This document shows, piece after piece, positions 61,902 to 64,000 of a DNA stretch of 64,000 nucleotides; the stretch's first letter is position 1, and every line of letters starts with the position of its first letter. The stretch is from Deltaproteobacteria bacterium. Its GTDB lineage: Bacteria > Desulfobacterota > Binatia > Binatales > Binataceae. Location of the stretch: the NCBI GenBank assembly GCA_019237115.1, contig JAFAHS010000411.1, forward strand, positions 2,855 through 66,854. The letters are read 5' to 3'. The notes below the pieces were generated by a model, which did not search any database, was not told the origin of the DNA, and saw only the letters and a program-made list of their open reading frames with translations. The position numbers and the translations under genes were made by a program.

Positions 61902-64000
61902 CTAGGTGGCGCTGCGAAGCCGTACCTCGCGCGGCCGCGCGCCGTCGGCCGGCATTACGATGCCCTCGCGTTCCATCTGCTCCACCATCCGCGCCGCGCG
62001 ATTGTAACCGATTCTCAGGCGCCGCTGGATCATGGAGATCGAAGCCTGGTTGGTTTCCATCACAATGCGGACCGCGTCATCGTACATCTCATCGTGTTCC
62101 TGGTCGCCCTCCGGACCACCATCCTCGCCGGGCGCGGTAGTTTCCAGAATTTCCATTCTATACTCGGGCGACCCCTGCGCGCGCAGAAAATCTGTCAGCC
62201 GGCGGATTTCGTGCTCCGACACGAAGGGTCCGTGCAGGCGACGAAGCTTCGCGGTGCCCGGCGGCAAGAACAGCATGTCGCCCGCGCCGAGCAACCGCTC
62301 GGCTCCGATCGAATCGAGGATGGTGCGCGAGTCCACCCGCGAAGTCACCTGGAACGAGATTCGCGCGGGAAGATTCGCCTTTATCAGGCCGGTGATTACG
62401 TCGACCGAGGGCCGCTGAGTGGCGAGAATCAGGTGAATTCCGGCAGCCCGCGCCTTGGCCGCCAGCCGCGAGATATCGCGCTCGATGGTCTTGCCCTCGC
62501 TCAGCAGCAGATCGGCCAGCTCGTCAATCACAATAACGATTTTCGAAAGTTTCCTGTGTTCAAAGGGCTGCGCAGTCACTTCCTGCCCTTCGCTGGGAAC
62601 CGCGGGTTTCAACTCGACCGGCTTGGTTCCGGCCGCGAGTTCCTGGTTGTAGCTGTCGACATTACGCACCCCGAACTCCCGCATCATCAGGTAGCGGGTT
62701 TCCATTTCCTGGGTCGCCCACAACAACGCCGCAGCGGCCTTAGCCGGATCGACTACCACCGGCACCAGCATGTGCGGGATACCCTCGTATACCGAAAGCT
62801 CGAGCATCTTGGGATCGATCAGTATGAAGCGCACGTCGTCGGCGGTCGTATTGAACAGAATCGCCGCGATCATCGTGTGAATCGATACCGATTTACCGGT
62901 CCCGGTCGCGCCCGCGATCAGCAGATGCGGCATCCGCGCAAGGTCGGCAGCCACCGGCCGCCCGGCGATGTCCTTTCCCAGCGCGATGGTGAGCTGACTG
63001 TTCTCGGCGGAGAACTCCTCTGCCTCGAGAATTTCCCGCAGATAGACTCGCTCGCGCTTGCGGTTGGGAACCTCGATTCCAACCACCGCCTCGCCCGGCA
63101 CCGGCGCCTGGATTCGCACGGCGGCAGCTCGCAGAGCCATCGAGAGGTCGTCCGAGAGATTCACTATCTGGCTGACTTTGATTCCCGACCCTGGTTCGAA
63201 CTTGTACATCGTGACGACCGGCCCCGGTTGAACCTCTACCACCCTCCCCTCGACCCCAAAGTCGGCGAGCTTTTGCTCCAGCACGCGGGCGCTGCGCTCC
63301 AGGGTGGATTCATCGACCTGGGTGTGTTCAGCCGGCGGCATGTCGAGGAGCGACGGCGGCGGGATCTTGTACGCACCGCGGGTACGGGGTTTCGATGCCA
63401 GTGCATCCCTGCGCTTGTCGCGCGAGGGCAGTTCGCGCGTTTCGATCTTGCGGACCTTAAGCGGCGGCCGCTGACCGTCAGCCTCGACGACCCCGTCCAC
63501 GACCTCATCACCCAGTTCGAAGATCCGCGGCGACCCGGGAAATCCGTCATCGCCCCCGCTTCGAGGCCGGACCAGCCCCGCACGCATTTTCCCCCAAGCC
63601 GCGGCCGCAAGTTCGGTCGGAGCGCGCTTGAGCATGAGCGCGAGCCCGCACACCATCGCGAGCACCGCGACCAGATAACCTCCCGCGAGGTTCAGGGAAG
63701 CGGTCAACACCCCCGCCACCCAGGCACCCACAAGCCCCCCGGTTCGCGGGCCGCTTAAGTCGAAGAGTCCGCCGGCGGTCGCCAACGCCGCCAGCAGGAT
63801 CGCACCACCGAGCGCCTCGCGGGCCAGGGTCAGCGGTCGCGTGCGGGTCCACACGCGCGCCGCCAGTGCCCCCACCAGAGCCAACCCGGCATAGGCCTGA
63901 TAACCCAGAACCCCGCCCAGCACGGAACCGAGCGTCTCCCCAACCGGTCCGCCCAGATTGGGAACCCGTCCGAGGTCGAGGCAGGCAAGGCTGACCGCGG
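61902..64000 (-). CDS. ftsK: DNA translocase FtsK/SpoIIIE (5' end outside window)
   Basis: 'PHLLIAGATGTGKSV', 'IVIVIDELADL', 'GIHLILATQRPSVDVITG', C-terminal winged-helix 'ASISMIQRRLRIGYNRAARMVE'. The reading frame stays open upstream of the GTG at 63923 to the window edge. Confidence 0.85.
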   Translation of the reverse strand, partial: AVSLACLDLGRVPNLGGPVGETLGSVLGGVLGYQAYAGLALVGALAARVWTRTRPLTLAREALGGAILLAALATAGGLFDLSGPRTGGLVGAWVAGVLTASLNLAGGYLVAVLAMVCGLALMLKRAPTELAAAAWGKMRAGLVRPRSGGDDGFPGSPRIFELGDEVVDGVVEADGQRPPLKVRKIETRELPSRDKRRDALASKPRTRGAYKIPPPSLLDMPPAEHTQVDESTLERSARVLEQKLADFGVEGRVVEVQPGPVVTMYKFEPGSGIKVSQIVNLSDDLSMALRAAAVRIQAPVPGEAVVGIEVPNRKRERVYLREILEAEEFSAENSQLTIALGKDIAGRPVAADLARMPHLLIAGATGTGKSVSIHTMIAAILFNTTADDVRFILIDPKMLELSVYEGIPHMLVPVVVDPAKAAAALLWATQEMETRYLMMREFGVRNVDSYNQELAAGTKPVELKPAVPSEGQEVTAQPFEHRKLSKIVIVIDELADLLLSEGKTIERDISRLAAKARAAGIHLILATQRPSVDVITGLIKANLPARISFQVTSRVDSRTILDSIGAERLLGAGDMLFLPPGTAKLRRLHGPFVSEHEIRRLTDFLRAQGSPEYRMEILETTAPGEDGGPEGDQEHDEMYDDAVRIVMETNQASISMIQRRLRIGYNRAARMVEQMEREGIVMPADGARPREVRLRSAT

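Noticed and set aside
61722-63758. 678-aa plus-strand ORF.
   Set aside because: It is antisense to ftsK, whose Walker motifs and gamma domain are clear. Its composition is Arg/His/Gly-rich low-information sequence.

Overview
High-GC (about 60-65% by eye) chromosomal segment of a diderm bacterium, judged from LolA, an OmpA-like domain and ClpS/ClpA. It has three parts.

(1) 1-12.1 kb, ordinary core genes. These include a tetrahydrofolate-dependent aryl O-demethylase (LigM/DesA-like) followed by the protocatechuate branch of the beta-ketoadipate pathway (pcaH-pcaG-pcaB-pcaC). There is also a PanE-family reductase, a thiolase plus DUF35 pair, and a degraded LssY_C-like remnant.

(2) 12,162-44,261, an approximately 32-kb island inserted into the 3' half of tRNA-Gly(GCC). 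It is bounded by a perfect 35-bp direct repeat and carries a tyrosine integrase broken by two frameshifts next to the tRNA. Nearly all its coding capacity is one minus-strand, translationally coupled operon (42,331 down to 12,559) for a complete extracellular contractile injection system (eCIS, a phage-tail-like particle). The parts are:
- sheath, tube, a Zn-ribbon protein and a Pro/Ala-rich tape-measure-like protein
- DUF4255 cap and AAA+ ATPase
- a cassette of two DUF4157-headed effectors plus a putative immunity gene
- tube initiator, LysM protein, gpD-like hub, gpV-like spike and PAAR-like DUF4280 tip
- gp25, two Baseplate_J paralogues and a giant P2-gpI-like protein with eight tandem Ig-like repeats
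- a DUF6519-type fibre and a beta-helix tailspike-like protein

No capsid, terminase, portal, T6SS membrane-complex, lysis or regulator genes are present in the island. This island is the main item of interest.

(3) 44.3-64 kb, housekeeping genes: pgsA, nadB, clpS-clpA, a DUF482 acyltransferase, rmuC, an ArsA-like ATPase and a class III nucleotidyl cyclase. They continue with a coupled phosphatase-pcs-amidohydrolase-like trio, an Mrp-family ATPase, dksA, rimO, lolA and ftsK (5' end runs off the window).

All calls rest on reading the supplied translations against remembered family signatures. No searches were run. Many long ORFs in the track are antisense shadow ORFs typical of GC-rich DNA and were not called.
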